A stretch of DNA of 64,000 bases, from positions 3,538-67,537 of the forward strand of contig PWHK01000002.1 of the NCBI GenBank assembly GCA_003554845.1. Direction: 5' to 3'. Made by a program: the position numbers and the translations under genes. How positions within the stretch are numbered: the stretch's first letter is position 1; every line of letters begins with the position of its first letter. The stretch comes from Candidatus Aenigmatarchaeota archaeon (GTDB taxonomy: Archaea; Aenigmatarchaeota; Aenigmatarchaeia; PWEA01). Shown piece by piece: positions 54,734 to 64,000 of the stretch. The notes under the pieces are model-generated. The model saw only the letters and a list, made by a program, of their open reading frames with translations. It had not been told where the DNA came from and ran no database searches.

Positions 54734-56773
54734 ATGACCCAGCTTATAATTGCAGAAAAGCCCAACGCTGCCGGAAGGATTGCATACGCCCTTGCAGATG
54801 ATGAGGTATCAAAGAAGAACAGAGGCAAGGCCGTGTGGTATGAGACAAGGGTAGGCGATGAGGAAACCTATGTAGTTCCTGCAGTGGGTCATATATTTAC
54901 CCTTGAGCAAGAGGGCAAAGGATGGGATTATCCTGTATTTGATATTCAATGGAAGCCTACATATGAAGTTCGTAAAAATTCAAGTTGGATGAAAAACTAC
55001 CATACAAACCTAAAGAACCTTGCTGAAAAGGCAGACAGCTTCATAAACGCATGTGACTATGATCAGGAAGGCAGTGTTATAGGCTACAATATACTCAAGT
55101 TTGTCGTAGGCACGGAAAATGCAGCCAGGATGAAGTTTTCAACCCTTACGGCATCGGACCTCCAGGAAGCATACGACAACCTTTCCGAGGATCTTGACCA
55201 TGGTATGGTGCAGTCGGGACTTGCGAGACATATACTTGACTGGTTTTGGGGTATAAACCTGTCACGTGCCCTGACACTTTCTGTAAAAAACAATACAAAC
55301 ACATTCAAAGTTCTATCGACCGGAAGGGTACAGGGACCTGCCCTCAAGATACTTGTAGACAGAGAGAGGGAAATAGAAAAGTTCGAGCCCGAAGACTACT
55401 GGATTCTCGAGGCCCATCTCGAATCAGATAAAGGGGATATCAAAACAAGGCACAGAAAGGGCAAGTTCTGGAAAGAAGAAGAAGCAGACAAAAGCAAGGA
55501 AAACGCAGAGAAGGACGGTGCAATAGTAAAGGAGGTCAGTAAAAACAGGTTCAAGCACAAGCCTCCATGTCCCTTTGACCTTTCCACACTTCAGAAGGAG
55601 GCATATTCTGCGTTCAGGTTTTCGCCATCGAAGACCTTGGATGTTGCACAGTCTCTCTATGAATCAGGCCTTATTTCATATCCTAGAACCTCAAGTCAGA
55701 AGCTTCCGCCTAAGATAGGATACAAAAATATTCTGAAAAAGATAAAGAACCAGAAAAAATACACTAACCTTGCACAGAAGCTTCTCGACAGAGGTAAGCT
55801 CAAGCCTAAGCAGGGAAAGAAGGAGGACAAGGCACATCCTGCTATATACCCAACCGGGTCAAAGCCCGACAGTATGTCCAAGGACGACAAAAAACTTTAC
55901 GATCTGATAGTCAAAAGGTATTTTGCAGTCTTTGGCAAGGCGGCAGTTCGTGAATCTGTTAAACTTACCTTTGATCTATCCGGTGAAATGTTCCTTGGTA
56001 AGGGAAAAAGAACCCTGGAGCCGAACTGGTTCGATTTCTACAGTCCCTATGTAAAAAAGAAGGAGCAGGTAGTCCCCGATCTCGACGAAGGCGACAGTCT
56101 GGATATATCGAAGGTGGATAAGCTGGACAAGGAGACGCAACCTCCTAATAGATATACACAGGCATCTCTTGTCTCTGAGATGGAAAGCAGAAACCTCGGT
56201 ACAAAGGCCACGAGATCCCAGATCATCGACAAGCTCTACGACCGTGGATATATCGATGGTTTGTCTATAAAGGTCACGGATATAGGCCTTGGAGTTGTAG
56301 AGGCCCTGGAGAAGTATTCTCCAAAGGTTCTTTCCGAAGACATGACAAGAAGCTTTGAAGAGGATATGGAGAAGATAATAGATGGAGAAAAGACGAGGGG
56401 GGATGTTGTAGAGGAGGCCAAAAAGGCCCTTGGAGAAATCCTCCAGGAAATAAAGGAAAATGAAAAGGAGATAGGCCAGAGCCTGAAGGAAGCAGTTATA
56501 GAGACGAACAGAAAGAAAAGGGAGCTTGGAAAGTGTCCCAAATGTGGAGGTACTCTTAAGGTTATAAAGACAGGCAAGAGCCAGTTTGTTGGGTGTTCTG
56601 GTTACCCAGACTGCGACAACTCGTACCCACTTCCACAGAATGCCAAAATAGTTCCTACTAAGGAGACCTGTGACGACTGTGATCTACCTACATTCAAGGT
56701 AATAAGAAGAGGCAAAAGGCCATTTGAGATGTGTCCTGATCCCGACTGTAAGTCCAAGGAAGACTGGAACTGA
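54734..56773 (+). CDS. topA: DNA topoisomerase I (type IA) with C-terminal zinc ribbons
   Basis: 679 aa. TOPRIM N-terminus LIIAEKPNAAGRIA, catalytic Tyr region, C-terminal CPKCGG...C..C and CDDCD...CPDPDC. Confidence 0.9.
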   Translation: MTQLIIAEKPNAAGRIAYALADDEVSKKNRGKAVWYETRVGDEETYVVPAVGHIFTLEQEGKGWDYPVFDIQWKPTYEVRKNSSWMKNYHTNLKNLAEKADSFINACDYDQEGSVIGYNILKFVVGTENAARMKFSTLTASDLQEAYDNLSEDLDHGMVQSGLARHILDWFWGINLSRALTLSVKNNTNTFKVLSTGRVQGPALKILVDREREIEKFEPEDYWILEAHLESDKGDIKTRHRKGKFWKEEEADKSKENAEKDGAIVKEVSKNRFKHKPPCPFDLSTLQKEAYSAFRFSPSKTLDVAQSLYESGLISYPRTSSQKLPPKIGYKNILKKIKNQKKYTNLAQKLLDRGKLKPKQGKKEDKAHPAIYPTGSKPDSMSKDDKKLYDLIVKRYFAVFGKAAVRESVKLTFDLSGEMFLGKGKRTLEPNWFDFYSPYVKKKEQVVPDLDEGDSLDISKVDKLDKETQPPNRYTQASLVSEMESRNLGTKATRSQIIDKLYDRGYIDGLSIKVTDIGLGVVEALEKYSPKVLSEDMTRSFEEDMEKIIDGEKTRGDVVEEAKKALGEILQEIKENEKEIGQSLKEAVIETNRKKRELGKCPKCGGTLKVIKTGKSQFVGCSGYPDCDNSYPLPQNAKIVPTKETCDDCDLPTFKVIRRGKRPFEMCPDPDCKSKEDWN

Positions 56774-57475
56774 TCAGAGAAAGCTAAAACTTTTATCGGG
56801 TTTCTCAAGTCCGTTTTCCGTGATGAGTATCTGAACCTCCTTTCCTTCTGGTTTTGATCTGTGCTTTCTCATTATCATTATACGCTTACCCTTTTCGAAC
56901 TTCTTCATTTCTATAAGGCACTTGGACTGATATTTAGCTATATCCCTTGAAACCAGTTCCACGCCACCGTTTTCTATATCGGAATATATCTGGTTGGTTA
57001 TGAGTACAGGTATTTCACGTTTTCTCGATAGGTTGGAAAGTTTGGAAAGTTGTTTTGCAAGCATGCTGTTTATCTTCCTAGTGTTTCCATCGTTTAGTTC
57101 CAGTCGGTAAAGTGTTACAAGGGAATCGAGGACTATAAGGCCGACATCCTTTTTCTCACATATCTTGTCGAGCCTCTCGACGTTTTCCTTCTGTTTTTCG
57201 AATGCATCTGGTTCTATAAGTATTATTTCATCCAGGATTCCCTCGGAGTCGTCGCTTGATATCTGGTCAAGTCTTTCCCTCGAGAAGCCTCCTTCTGTAT
57301 CTATAAAGACCACTTTTTTGTCTTCTTCGATGCAGGATACGGCCGTCTGTAGACAAAGTGTCGTCTTTCCACAGCCAGGTGGCCCGTAGACGTTTGTCAG
57401 AGTGTCTTTTTCTATACCCCCACCCAGCATATCGTCCAGAGCTTTGCATCCAGTTGAAAGGCGCTCTACTTTCAT
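56774..57475 (-). CDS. radB: RadB (RecA-family recombination ATPase paralog)
   Basis: 233 aa. LSTGCKALDDMLGGGIE...VYGPPGCGKTTLCLQ Walker A, Walker B VLDS. No N-terminal HhH domain. Confidence 0.8.
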   Translation of the reverse strand: MKVERLSTGCKALDDMLGGGIEKDTLTNVYGPPGCGKTTLCLQTAVSCIEEDKKVVFIDTEGGFSRERLDQISSDDSEGILDEIILIEPDAFEKQKENVERLDKICEKKDVGLIVLDSLVTLYRLELNDGNTRKINSMLAKQLSKLSNLSRKREIPVLITNQIYSDIENGGVELVSRDIAKYQSKCLIEMKKFEKGKRIMIMRKHRSKPEGKEVQILITENGLEKPDKSFSFL

Positions 57476-57568
57476 AGAATCTAAGTTTTGTGTCCAAACT
57501 TAAAATATTAAACTGTTTAGTTTACTTAAACAAAACTTTATAAAGTTTAGTATATATAAATAAAAACC

Positions 57569-57958
57569 ATGGAAAAAAACCAGCTCGAGATGAACAGGAA
57601 AGGAGACCTTGCGGCTCTTGTAACCTTCTGTGTTGATTCGGAGAAGTTCAAGTCCAACTACGAGAGAAATAAGTTTTACAGAGGTTTATATGGATGGAAA
57701 CAGAGGGTAAGAAAGGGAGGAAAGGAATACTTATACGACCACAGAGGTCTTCTGGACAGGATTCCACATATAAAGGTCGACAAGTCTGTCTGTATAGTTC
57801 CGGCGGGTATGGTGGACACGTTTGTTGACTACCTTGAACAGTGGGGCGACAGGGTCGACTACAGTATTTTCAAGGTCCTACTTCAGAAGGATAGATTTAA
57901 AAAAATGAAAACGAAAGAATACGAAGACAGTGGGTGGATCGAAGTTAAGATAGAATAG
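57569..57958 (+). CDS. Hypothetical protein
   Basis: 129 aa, protein-like composition, between radB and cdc48. Confidence 0.4.
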   Translation: MEKNQLEMNRKGDLAALVTFCVDSEKFKSNYERNKFYRGLYGWKQRVRKGGKEYLYDHRGLLDRIPHIKVDKSVCIVPAGMVDTFVDYLEQWGDRVDYSIFKVLLQKDRFKKMKTKEYEDSGWIEVKIE

Positions 57959-57968
57959 GTGTTTTACT

Positions 57969-60248
57969 ATGGATGAACAAAACGGAAACGGAGCCGTCCG
58001 TCTCAAGGTCGGTGAACTTACTTCAAGGGAAGAGTTTGGTAAAGGTATTGCCAGACTTGACTCCAAGGTAATGAAGGAGCTTAACGTCAGCGAGGGTGAT
58101 GTTATAGAGATAGAGGGAAAGAAGAAGACAGGTGTTCTGGCTGTTAGATCATATCCCGAGGACGTCGGAAGTAATCTCGTACGTGTAGATGGTCTTATAA
58201 GAAAGAACGCAGGTACTTCCGTTGGCCAGAGGGTGAAGGTAAGAAAAGCAGATGCTAAACCCGCAGAGAAGGTAACACTTGCACCTGCACAGAAGGGCGT
58301 AGCACTACACATATCACCGAATATACTGAAGAAAAATTTATACATGAGACCTGTATCTAAAAAGGATATTATAGTCCCTACATCCATAAGAAGTAAGAGA
58401 AGAGGTAATCTTTTTGAGGACTTCTTTGGTGAGGATATATTCTCAGATATGATGCCCGGGCTTGGTGGAACCGAGACAAGACTTATGGTTGTTTCGACAA
58501 ACCCGGGTGGTATAGTCAAGATAGACGACCAGACAACTATAGACCTCAAACCCAAGGCTGTGGAGGTAAAGGATGAGGATATACCAACTGTGACCTACGA
58601 GGACATAGGTGGACTGCACCAAGAAATTAAAAAGGTAAGGGAGATGATAGAGGTTCCTCTTAAGCATCCCGAGGTCTTCGAGAGACTGGGAATAGAGCCT
58701 CCCAAGGGTATTCTTCTGCACGGACCACCGGGGACAGGAAAGACACTTCTTGCAAAGGCCGTTGCCAATGAGGCAGGAGCACACTTCAAGACAATAAACG
58801 GACCAGAAATAATGAGCAAGTTCTACGGCGAGTCAGAGAAGAAGGTAAGGGAAATATTTGAAGATGCAGAGGAAAATTCGCCTTCTATAATATTTATAGA
58901 TGAAATAGATGCTATAGCTTCAAAGAGGGAGGAGGTAAGCGGAGAGGTGGAGAAGAGAGTTGTGTCACAGCTTCTAACACTTCTCGATGGTTTGGAGGCC
59001 AGAGGACAGGTCATAGTTATAGCAGCCACCAACCGTGTGGATGCAGTTGACCCTGCACTCAGAAGACCCGGTAGATTTGACAGGGAAATAGAAATAGGCG
59101 TACCTGATAAGGACGGAAGGAAGGAAGTACTCCAGATACACACCAGACATATGCCTCTGACCGACGACGTAGATCTGGACAACATTTCCGAAAGAACCTA
59201 TGGGTATGTAGGAGCAGACATAGAAGCCCTGGCAAAGGAAAGCGCAATGCATGCTTTGAGAAGGGTTCTGCCTGATATATCGGATCTTGAAAAGATGGAC
59301 CAGCTTCCCGAGGAAAAACTTGAGAAGCTTCAGGTCAACTACGAAGACTTCGACTACTCTATGAGAATGGTTGAGCCCTCTGCTATGAGGGAGGTACTTA
59401 TCGAAGTTCCGGATGTCAACTGGGAGGATATAGGTGGACTTGAAGATGTAAAGGAAAGACTCAAGGAGGCCGTCGAATGGCCACTTAACTATCCTGAGTC
59501 CTATGTAAAGCTTGGAATAAGACCACCTTCTGGACTTCTTCTTTACGGACCACCGGGGACAGGAAAGACTATGATGGCAAAGGCCGTGGCAAATAAATCT
59601 GACTCTAATTTCATAAGCGTAAAGGGACCAGAGCTTCTTTCAAAGTATGTAGGAGAGTCCGAGAAGCGTGTAAGAGAAATATTCAAGAAGGCAAAGCAGG
59701 TCGCACCGACTGTTATTTTCTTTGACGAACTGGATGCCCTTGCTTCTCAGAGAGGAAGTTCTGTCGGTGAAAACGTCTCAGAGAGAGTAGTTTCGCAGAT
59801 ACTTACAGAGATGTCGGGCCTTGAGGAACTCAACGATGTTATAGTTATTGGCGCAACCAACAGGCCGGATATGATAGATCCTGCACTTCTACGTCCGGGG
59901 AGATTTGATAATCAGCTGCTTGTTCCGGCACCCGACGAAGAAGCACGTATCGAAATATTCAAAATACATACCAGGGATATGCCTCTTGCCGAGAAAGTTG
60001 ATCTCGAAGCCCTTGCCAAGGAAACAGAGGGCTACTCGGGAGCTGATATATATGCAATATGCAGAGAAGCGGCTCTGAATGCTCTGAGGGAAGACAAAGA
60101 CTCGGAGATCGTCGATAGTAAGCATTTCGAAGTTGCCTTAAAAGACTCTTCGAAGTCCATAACCGACGACATGATGGAGTACTACGACGAGTTCGAAGCC
60201 TCGAGAAGAAGGATATACCAGGAAGATGAAATAGGTTATGTAGGTTAG
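57969..60248 (+). CDS. cdc48: CDC48/VCP-like AAA+ ATPase
   Basis: 759 aa. N-domain, two AAA cassettes with Walker [15 protein letters not shown] and [14 protein letters not shown], and second-region-of-homology arginines. Confidence 0.95.
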   Translation: MDEQNGNGAVRLKVGELTSREEFGKGIARLDSKVMKELNVSEGDVIEIEGKKKTGVLAVRSYPEDVGSNLVRVDGLIRKNAGTSVGQRVKVRKADAKPAEKVTLAPAQKGVALHISPNILKKNLYMRPVSKKDIIVPTSIRSKRRGNLFEDFFGEDIFSDMMPGLGGTETRLMVVSTNPGGIVKIDDQTTIDLKPKAVEVKDEDIPTVTYEDIGGLHQEIKKVREMIEVPLKHPEVFERLGIEPPKGILLHGPPGTGKTLLAKAVANEAGAHFKTINGPEIMSKFYGESEKKVREIFEDAEENSPSIIFIDEIDAIASKREEVSGEVEKRVVSQLLTLLDGLEARGQVIVIAATNRVDAVDPALRRPGRFDREIEIGVPDKDGRKEVLQIHTRHMPLTDDVDLDNISERTYGYVGADIEALAKESAMHALRRVLPDISDLEKMDQLPEEKLEKLQVNYEDFDYSMRMVEPSAMREVLIEVPDVNWEDIGGLEDVKERLKEAVEWPLNYPESYVKLGIRPPSGLLLYGPPGTGKTMMAKAVANKSDSNFISVKGPELLSKYVGESEKRVREIFKKAKQVAPTVIFFDELDALASQRGSSVGENVSERVVSQILTEMSGLEELNDVIVIGATNRPDMIDPALLRPGRFDNQLLVPAPDEEARIEIFKIHTRDMPLAEKVDLEALAKETEGYSGADIYAICREAALNALREDKDSEIVDSKHFEVALKDSSKSITDDMMEYYDEFEASRRRIYQEDEIGYVG

Positions 60249-60253
60249 ATTCT

Positions 60254-60907
60254 ATGAACTTTCCTGTTCTTTTTGTAAACTTCAAGACATACAGAGAGGC
60301 AACAGGGGAGAAGGCAGTTGAGCTGGCCAGGATATGTCAGAATGTTTCAAGACAGACCAACAAACAAGTAGTTCCTGTAGTACAGGTTTCGGATCTCTAC
60401 AGGGTTTCAAAGACCGTTGATATTCCTGTATACGTCCAGAGGGTTGATCCTGTCACATACGGTTCCAACACAGGAAGCGTTCTTCCTGAGGGTCTTAAAC
60501 AGAACGGAGCCTCTGGTGTGGTCATAAACCATTCCGAGGACAGGAGAACCGATGATGTTGTGAGAAGATGTCTGGAGAGATGCAGGGACCAGAAACTTGA
60601 AGCTATGGTATGTGCAAAGAATCCGTCGGAAGCGGAAAGTATATCTAGTATGAACCCCGACATTGTAGCAATAGAACCACCTGAGTTTATAGGCGGTGAT
60701 ATTTCCGTCAGTAATGCAAAACCGAAGATCATAACCCGCTCAAGGAAAAAGGTTTCACAGCCTTTGATCTGTGGAGCCGGTATAAGGAAAAAAGAGGACG
60801 TTCAGAAAGCAATCGATCTCGGAGCAGATGGAATATTTGTTGCCTCGGGTGTTGTAAAGACTGAAGATCCTGAAAACAGCATAAAAAAACTTGTAAGTCC
60901 CTTCTAA
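60254..60907 (+). CDS. tpiA: Triosephosphate isomerase (short archaeal type)
   Basis: 217 aa. FVNFKTY, catalytic INHSE, GAGI, phosphate loop. Confidence 0.9.
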   Translation: MNFPVLFVNFKTYREATGEKAVELARICQNVSRQTNKQVVPVVQVSDLYRVSKTVDIPVYVQRVDPVTYGSNTGSVLPEGLKQNGASGVVINHSEDRRTDDVVRRCLERCRDQKLEAMVCAKNPSEAESISSMNPDIVAIEPPEFIGGDISVSNAKPKIITRSRKKVSQPLICGAGIRKKEDVQKAIDLGADGIFVASGVVKTEDPENSIKKLVSPF

Positions 60908-61884
60908 ATATATAGCGACCTTCCCTGGCTTCCTGTGACCTCGTTCAACTCCTCTATGACCTCTGAAATCCTTTCCCTTACCTTTCTTGACACAACCCTA
61001 GGGTCGAAGAAGTCCTTGTCCGGCGACCATATACCTTCGCCGAATGGCTGTCCTTTTTCAACATCTTCCGGTGGAATTATACTGTCTTCGTATTCTCTGT
61101 AAAATTCAGCGGCAGTCTTTGCGTATTCGTACTGATACCTTGTATCCTTGTTGAACTTACATACGCCCTTCTTTCCAAGCTTCTTCATCTGTCCGTATGT
61201 TAGTCCCGATGAACCGTGGACAACCAGTGGAACCTCCTGGCCTGCTCTGTTCAGTTTTCTACTGACATTTTTGGCTATATCCAATCTGAGATCCAGATCC
61301 TTACCCTTCGAGACGCCGTGTTTAGTGCCTATGGATATTGCAAGCAGATCACAGTCTGTTCTCCTCGTAAACTCTACGGCTTCTTCTGGATCCGTGTAGT
61401 AACCTTTCTCTGAACTGATACCTTCTTCAACACCCTTTATTCTCCCCAGTTCCGCCTCTACGAGAACATCTTTGCTCTTGGCCATCTCCTTGACCTTTTT
61501 TGATCTTTTTACGTTGTCCTCGAAACTCTCCTCTGATGCATCTACCATAACTGAAGAAGGTATTCCGGTTTCCATGGCTTCTTCTATGAACTCCGGGTCC
61601 TTGAGATGGTCCATGTTTACAAAGACTCCTATGTTGTACTGGTTTGCTATCTCTTCTATATACTTTCCCATGGCCCTCAGTCCTGCGACGGCGTCTCCAT
61701 CTCCGGCGAACTCACAGGCGCTTCTGCTCAACTGCAGAACAAGGTCGGAGCCGCTCTTCTGGGACCCCTGGACAAGGCCTATCATTGTATTTGGTTCTGC
61801 AACGTTACTGGCAACGAAAGCATATCCTCCTTTCCTTGCCCTTGTGTAGATCTTCTTTATCTCTTCGCCACTTTTTATGAACAT
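60904..61884 (-). CDS. fba: Class II (metal-dependent) ketose/fructose-bisphosphate aldolase
   Basis: Motifs NMDHL, EAELGRIKGVEEG, ISIGTKHG, VVHGSSG. Likely start MFIKSGEE (61884); the track ORF extends to 61947, overlapping the upstream kinase. Confidence 0.8.
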   Translation of the reverse strand: MFIKSGEEIKKIYTRARKGGYAFVASNVAEPNTMIGLVQGSQKSGSDLVLQLSRSACEFAGDGDAVAGLRAMGKYIEEIANQYNIGVFVNMDHLKDPEFIEEAMETGIPSSVMVDASEESFEDNVKRSKKVKEMAKSKDVLVEAELGRIKGVEEGISSEKGYYTDPEEAVEFTRRTDCDLLAISIGTKHGVSKGKDLDLRLDIAKNVSRKLNRAGQEVPLVVHGSSGLTYGQMKKLGKKGVCKFNKDTRYQYEYAKTAAEFYREYEDSIIPPEDVEKGQPFGEGIWSPDKDFFDPRVVSRKVRERISEVIEELNEVTGSQGRSLYI

Positions 61885-61888
61885 CTTG

Positions 61889-63232
61889 TCACCTGAGTGC
61901 GTTTTCGACTGCAAAGGACGTTGAAGATATAACGTCTCCGAGACCAACCGTCAGTTGGGGATCCTTGTAAAGTTTGTTTGGAACCATAACTATATCAAAC
62001 CCATCCCTATGAACTCCTGTCGCGACAAGTTTTTGATCCTGTAGCGAATCTGCCAGGGATCTTCTATACTCCTTACCCTTCTCCGAAGGTTCCACATCTT
62101 CGGCCTTTTCCAGATTCTCATGGCTTAGTTTCCTCCCACTGGCCCTTGTCCAGGCCGCATCTCGGGCAAATTCGAAGCCTTCCTTGATATACATCGGATC
62201 GATGTAGTTGCGAGATACAGACATGTAGTAGTGGTGGGTATGTACATTGACCCCTCCTATGCCCAGTTCTTCTACAAGTTTCTTCAGAACTTCTGACATT
62301 TCATAGGGTTTTTCAGGATCGGGTGACCCCTCGGATATATTGAGATCGTTCTGTATTAGACCTAACTCGTTTTGATCCAAGGAGAAGACATCTGCCAGAG
62401 GAACCACCTCCTTGAGTATAGCCCTTCTCAGCTCTTTCCTGTGGATAGCCGAAAACTCTATCTGTATTTTTATTTCCTGTGAACATCCTTTTACAGTCCT
62501 CAAAAAATTCTTAGATGATTCCAGGTGATCGCGCCATGTAGTTCCGTCTGGATACTCCTCTAGTAAGTTATGGTAGCCTGCAAGTATCATACAGTCAACC
62601 CTCTCAGCCAGATCCTCCACTCTTTCCTCCAGTTCACCTATCTCCAGATTTTCGTGTCTGTAGGGCGACGAAGCTATAAAACGGCTGTTTTCCCTTGCTC
62701 TGACTCCGAACAGCTCCTGACCTTCGGAGAACTCCAGTATCCAGTTCTTCTTCGTTGGAATTTCCCTGTAGCATTTCTGTGGATGTTCCAACCTCAGTCC
62801 GGTGTTTCCTGCGATGGGAAACTTCAGATTTTTATTTTTACCGAAAAGGAAGGCTTGTTCTTTTGAGAGGTTTGTGGTATATAGAATTGTTTCACATCCT
62901 AGATCCGAAAGGATGTTGGACATTATACCGGCCTGTCCGCCGAGCCTCTTCCCCACTTCTTTCATATTCTCAGACATCCAGTTCTTGAGCCCCTGGCTGA
63001 TTATCTGTATTTCGTTGCCCTGTCCTTTTTCCATACAGTCCAGAACACCTGTAAGAAGATCTATTTTATCCCCTAGAAGCTTGGGATCCTGTTCCTTTGC
63101 CCTTTCGGCATCTTTTTCTGTAAAGAGATTCCGGAAGTCCTTGTCTATGTGCGTTATAACGTCGATATTTGTGTTGTAGCCGACGAATATAGACAGATCC
63201 TTGAGTTTCCTGATCTTCTCTTCTGTCTGCAT
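61889..63232 (-). CDS. ADP-dependent sugar kinase (ADP-PFK/GK family, ribokinase superfamily)
   Basis: 447 aa. NTNIDV, GGQAGIMSN, C-terminal VHTHHY and GLGDVISS, which are diagnostic of ADP-dependent kinases. Confidence 0.85.
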   Translation of the reverse strand: MQTEEKIRKLKDLSIFVGYNTNIDVITHIDKDFRNLFTEKDAERAKEQDPKLLGDKIDLLTGVLDCMEKGQGNEIQIISQGLKNWMSENMKEVGKRLGGQAGIMSNILSDLGCETILYTTNLSKEQAFLFGKNKNLKFPIAGNTGLRLEHPQKCYREIPTKKNWILEFSEGQELFGVRARENSRFIASSPYRHENLEIGELEERVEDLAERVDCMILAGYHNLLEEYPDGTTWRDHLESSKNFLRTVKGCSQEIKIQIEFSAIHRKELRRAILKEVVPLADVFSLDQNELGLIQNDLNISEGSPDPEKPYEMSEVLKKLVEELGIGGVNVHTHHYYMSVSRNYIDPMYIKEGFEFARDAAWTRASGRKLSHENLEKAEDVEPSEKGKEYRRSLADSLQDQKLVATGVHRDGFDIVMVPNKLYKDPQLTVGLGDVISSTSFAVENALR

Positions 63233-63275
63233 AAAGAATAAATTTAAGCGCTTCTATAAAAAAATAGGTGGGATT

Positions 63276-64000
63276 TTGATAGAGAGTATACTAAAGGATA
63301 TCAGAGAGAGAAGCAAGGACTCAAGCAAGTTCGATAATGGCCATCTCCTTGTCTTGGGTGGCTCAAAGAAGTATTGTGGATCGCCTGCCTTCAACTCTCT
63401 GGCTGCATACAGAAGCGGCGTCGACTTAGTGACTACCGCTTCGCCCCGGAGGCCTTCTGAAATAGTAGCTAGTTATTCTCCTTCGTTGATAACTGTTCCT
63501 CTTGACGGCGATTTCCTTTCACCTGCGCACTATGATGAGATAAAGGAACTGATGAGGAGTGTGGACGCCTTGGTCGTTGGTGGTGGTCTTGGAAGAAGGA
63601 AACAGACAAACAAGACAGTTGTAAAGATACTTGAGAATGTGGAAGTTCCTACTGTCGTTGATGCCGATGCCGTGAGAGCCGTTGCCGACAGTACAGAGGT
63701 ACTGGACCAAAACAAGGTGGTTACACCACATAAAAGAGAGTTCGAGGTCTTAACAGGAATGGAAGCCAGCGAAGAAAATACAGAAGAAGCCGCAAAGGAT
63801 CTGGATTGTACAATCCTGTTGAAGGGGGAGAAGGATACTGTAACGAACGGCGACGAAACCTATACGAATAGAACCGGAAATGAATACATGACCGTCGGTG
63901 GAACCGGCGATACGCTTGCAGGGATAGTAGGTTCCCTTCTTGCCCAGAATTTTGAGCCGGTGAGGGCAGCCTATGGAGCTGCATGGATAAACGGAAGAGC
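63276..64000 (+). CDS. nnr: NAD(P)H-hydrate dehydratase-like (YjeF C-terminal carbohydrate-kinase domain), 3' end outside the window
   Basis: FDNGHLLVLGGSKKYCGSPAF, GGGLGR, TVGGTGDTLAGIVGS. Start codon is uncertain (TTG at 63276 or nearby). Confidence 0.65.
   Translation, partial: MIESILKDIRERSKDSSKFDNGHLLVLGGSKKYCGSPAFNSLAAYRSGVDLVTTASPRRPSEIVASYSPSLITVPLDGDFLSPAHYDEIKELMRSVDALVVGGGLGRRKQTNKTVVKILENVEVPTVVDADAVRAVADSTEVLDQNKVVTPHKREFEVLTGMEASEENTEEAAKDLDCTILLKGEKDTVTNGDETYTNRTGNEYMTVGGTGDTLAGIVGSLLAQNFEPVRAAYGAAWINGR

Noticed and set aside
56771-56776. TGATCA palindrome shared by the convergent stop codons of topA and radB
   Set aside because: Trivial consequence of abutting convergent genes.
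57878-58555. 225-aa minus-strand ORF
   Set aside because: Antisense to the 5' part of cdc48.
1-64000. CRISPR arrays, IS elements, integrases, prophage, inteins
   Set aside because: No regularly spaced direct repeats, transposase or integrase-like ORFs were seen. Large proteins (Cdc48, TopA, ligase, XPD, ThrRS) have normal lengths, so no inteins.

Overview
This 64 kb window reads as a gene-dense chromosomal region of an archaeon. Coding DNA is AT-rich with AGA/AGG/ATA codon usage, while tRNAs and the SRP RNA are markedly GC-rich, which suggests a thermophile. Shine-Dalgarno-like GGAGGTGA sites and TATA boxes sit about 25-55 nt upstream of starts. I found no CRISPR array, transposase, integrase or obvious mobile element.

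Content is mostly housekeeping, grouped as follows:
- Chromatin: MC1.
- Translation: CysS, ThrRS, tRNA-Cys, tRNA-Trp, tRNA-Gln, ribosomal proteins S15 and S3Ae, ABCE1, an OBG/TGS GTPase, Bud32, deoxyhypusine synthase, UMP kinase, SRP RNA.
- DNA repair and replication: XPD; Hef encoded as separate helicase and nuclease ORFs; a HerA-like ATPase; a COG2433 RNase H-fold protein; RadB; a RecJ/GAN-like DHH protein; ATP-dependent DNA ligase; topoisomerase I; a GIY-YIG nuclease; SfsA.
- Isoprenoid and lipid synthesis: a complete archaeal-type lower mevalonate pathway operon (mevalonate kinase, UbiD-like decarboxylase, AcnX-type dehydratase large and small subunits, UbiX, isopentenyl phosphate kinase); glycerol-1-phosphate dehydrogenase; GGGP synthase; a large radical SAM protein.
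- Modified glycolysis: triosephosphate isomerase, class II aldolase, ADP-dependent sugar kinase.
- Proteases and membrane proteins: Lon-like S16 protease, an M50/S2P-like protein, SppA, TraB, a cation/proton antiporter.

The most unusual observations:
- A tRNA-Gln(UUG) gene that appears to be interrupted by three introns.
- An eRF1-domain-2-like protein in which the catalytic GGQ is GGF, translationally coupled to Bud32.
- The M50/S2P-like protein carries HHxxH in place of HExxH, and a 55-aa KH ORF absent from the ORF track overlaps its start codon.
- A same-strand array of HerA-like ATPase, split Hef and a COG2433 RNase H-like nuclease.
- A block of four uncharacterised genes: a basic disordered protein, a coiled-coil protein, a TIM-barrel AP-endonuclease-like protein with a large insertion, and a nucleotidyltransferase with a C2H2 zinc finger.

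All family assignments rest on motif recognition by eye; I ran no database search.
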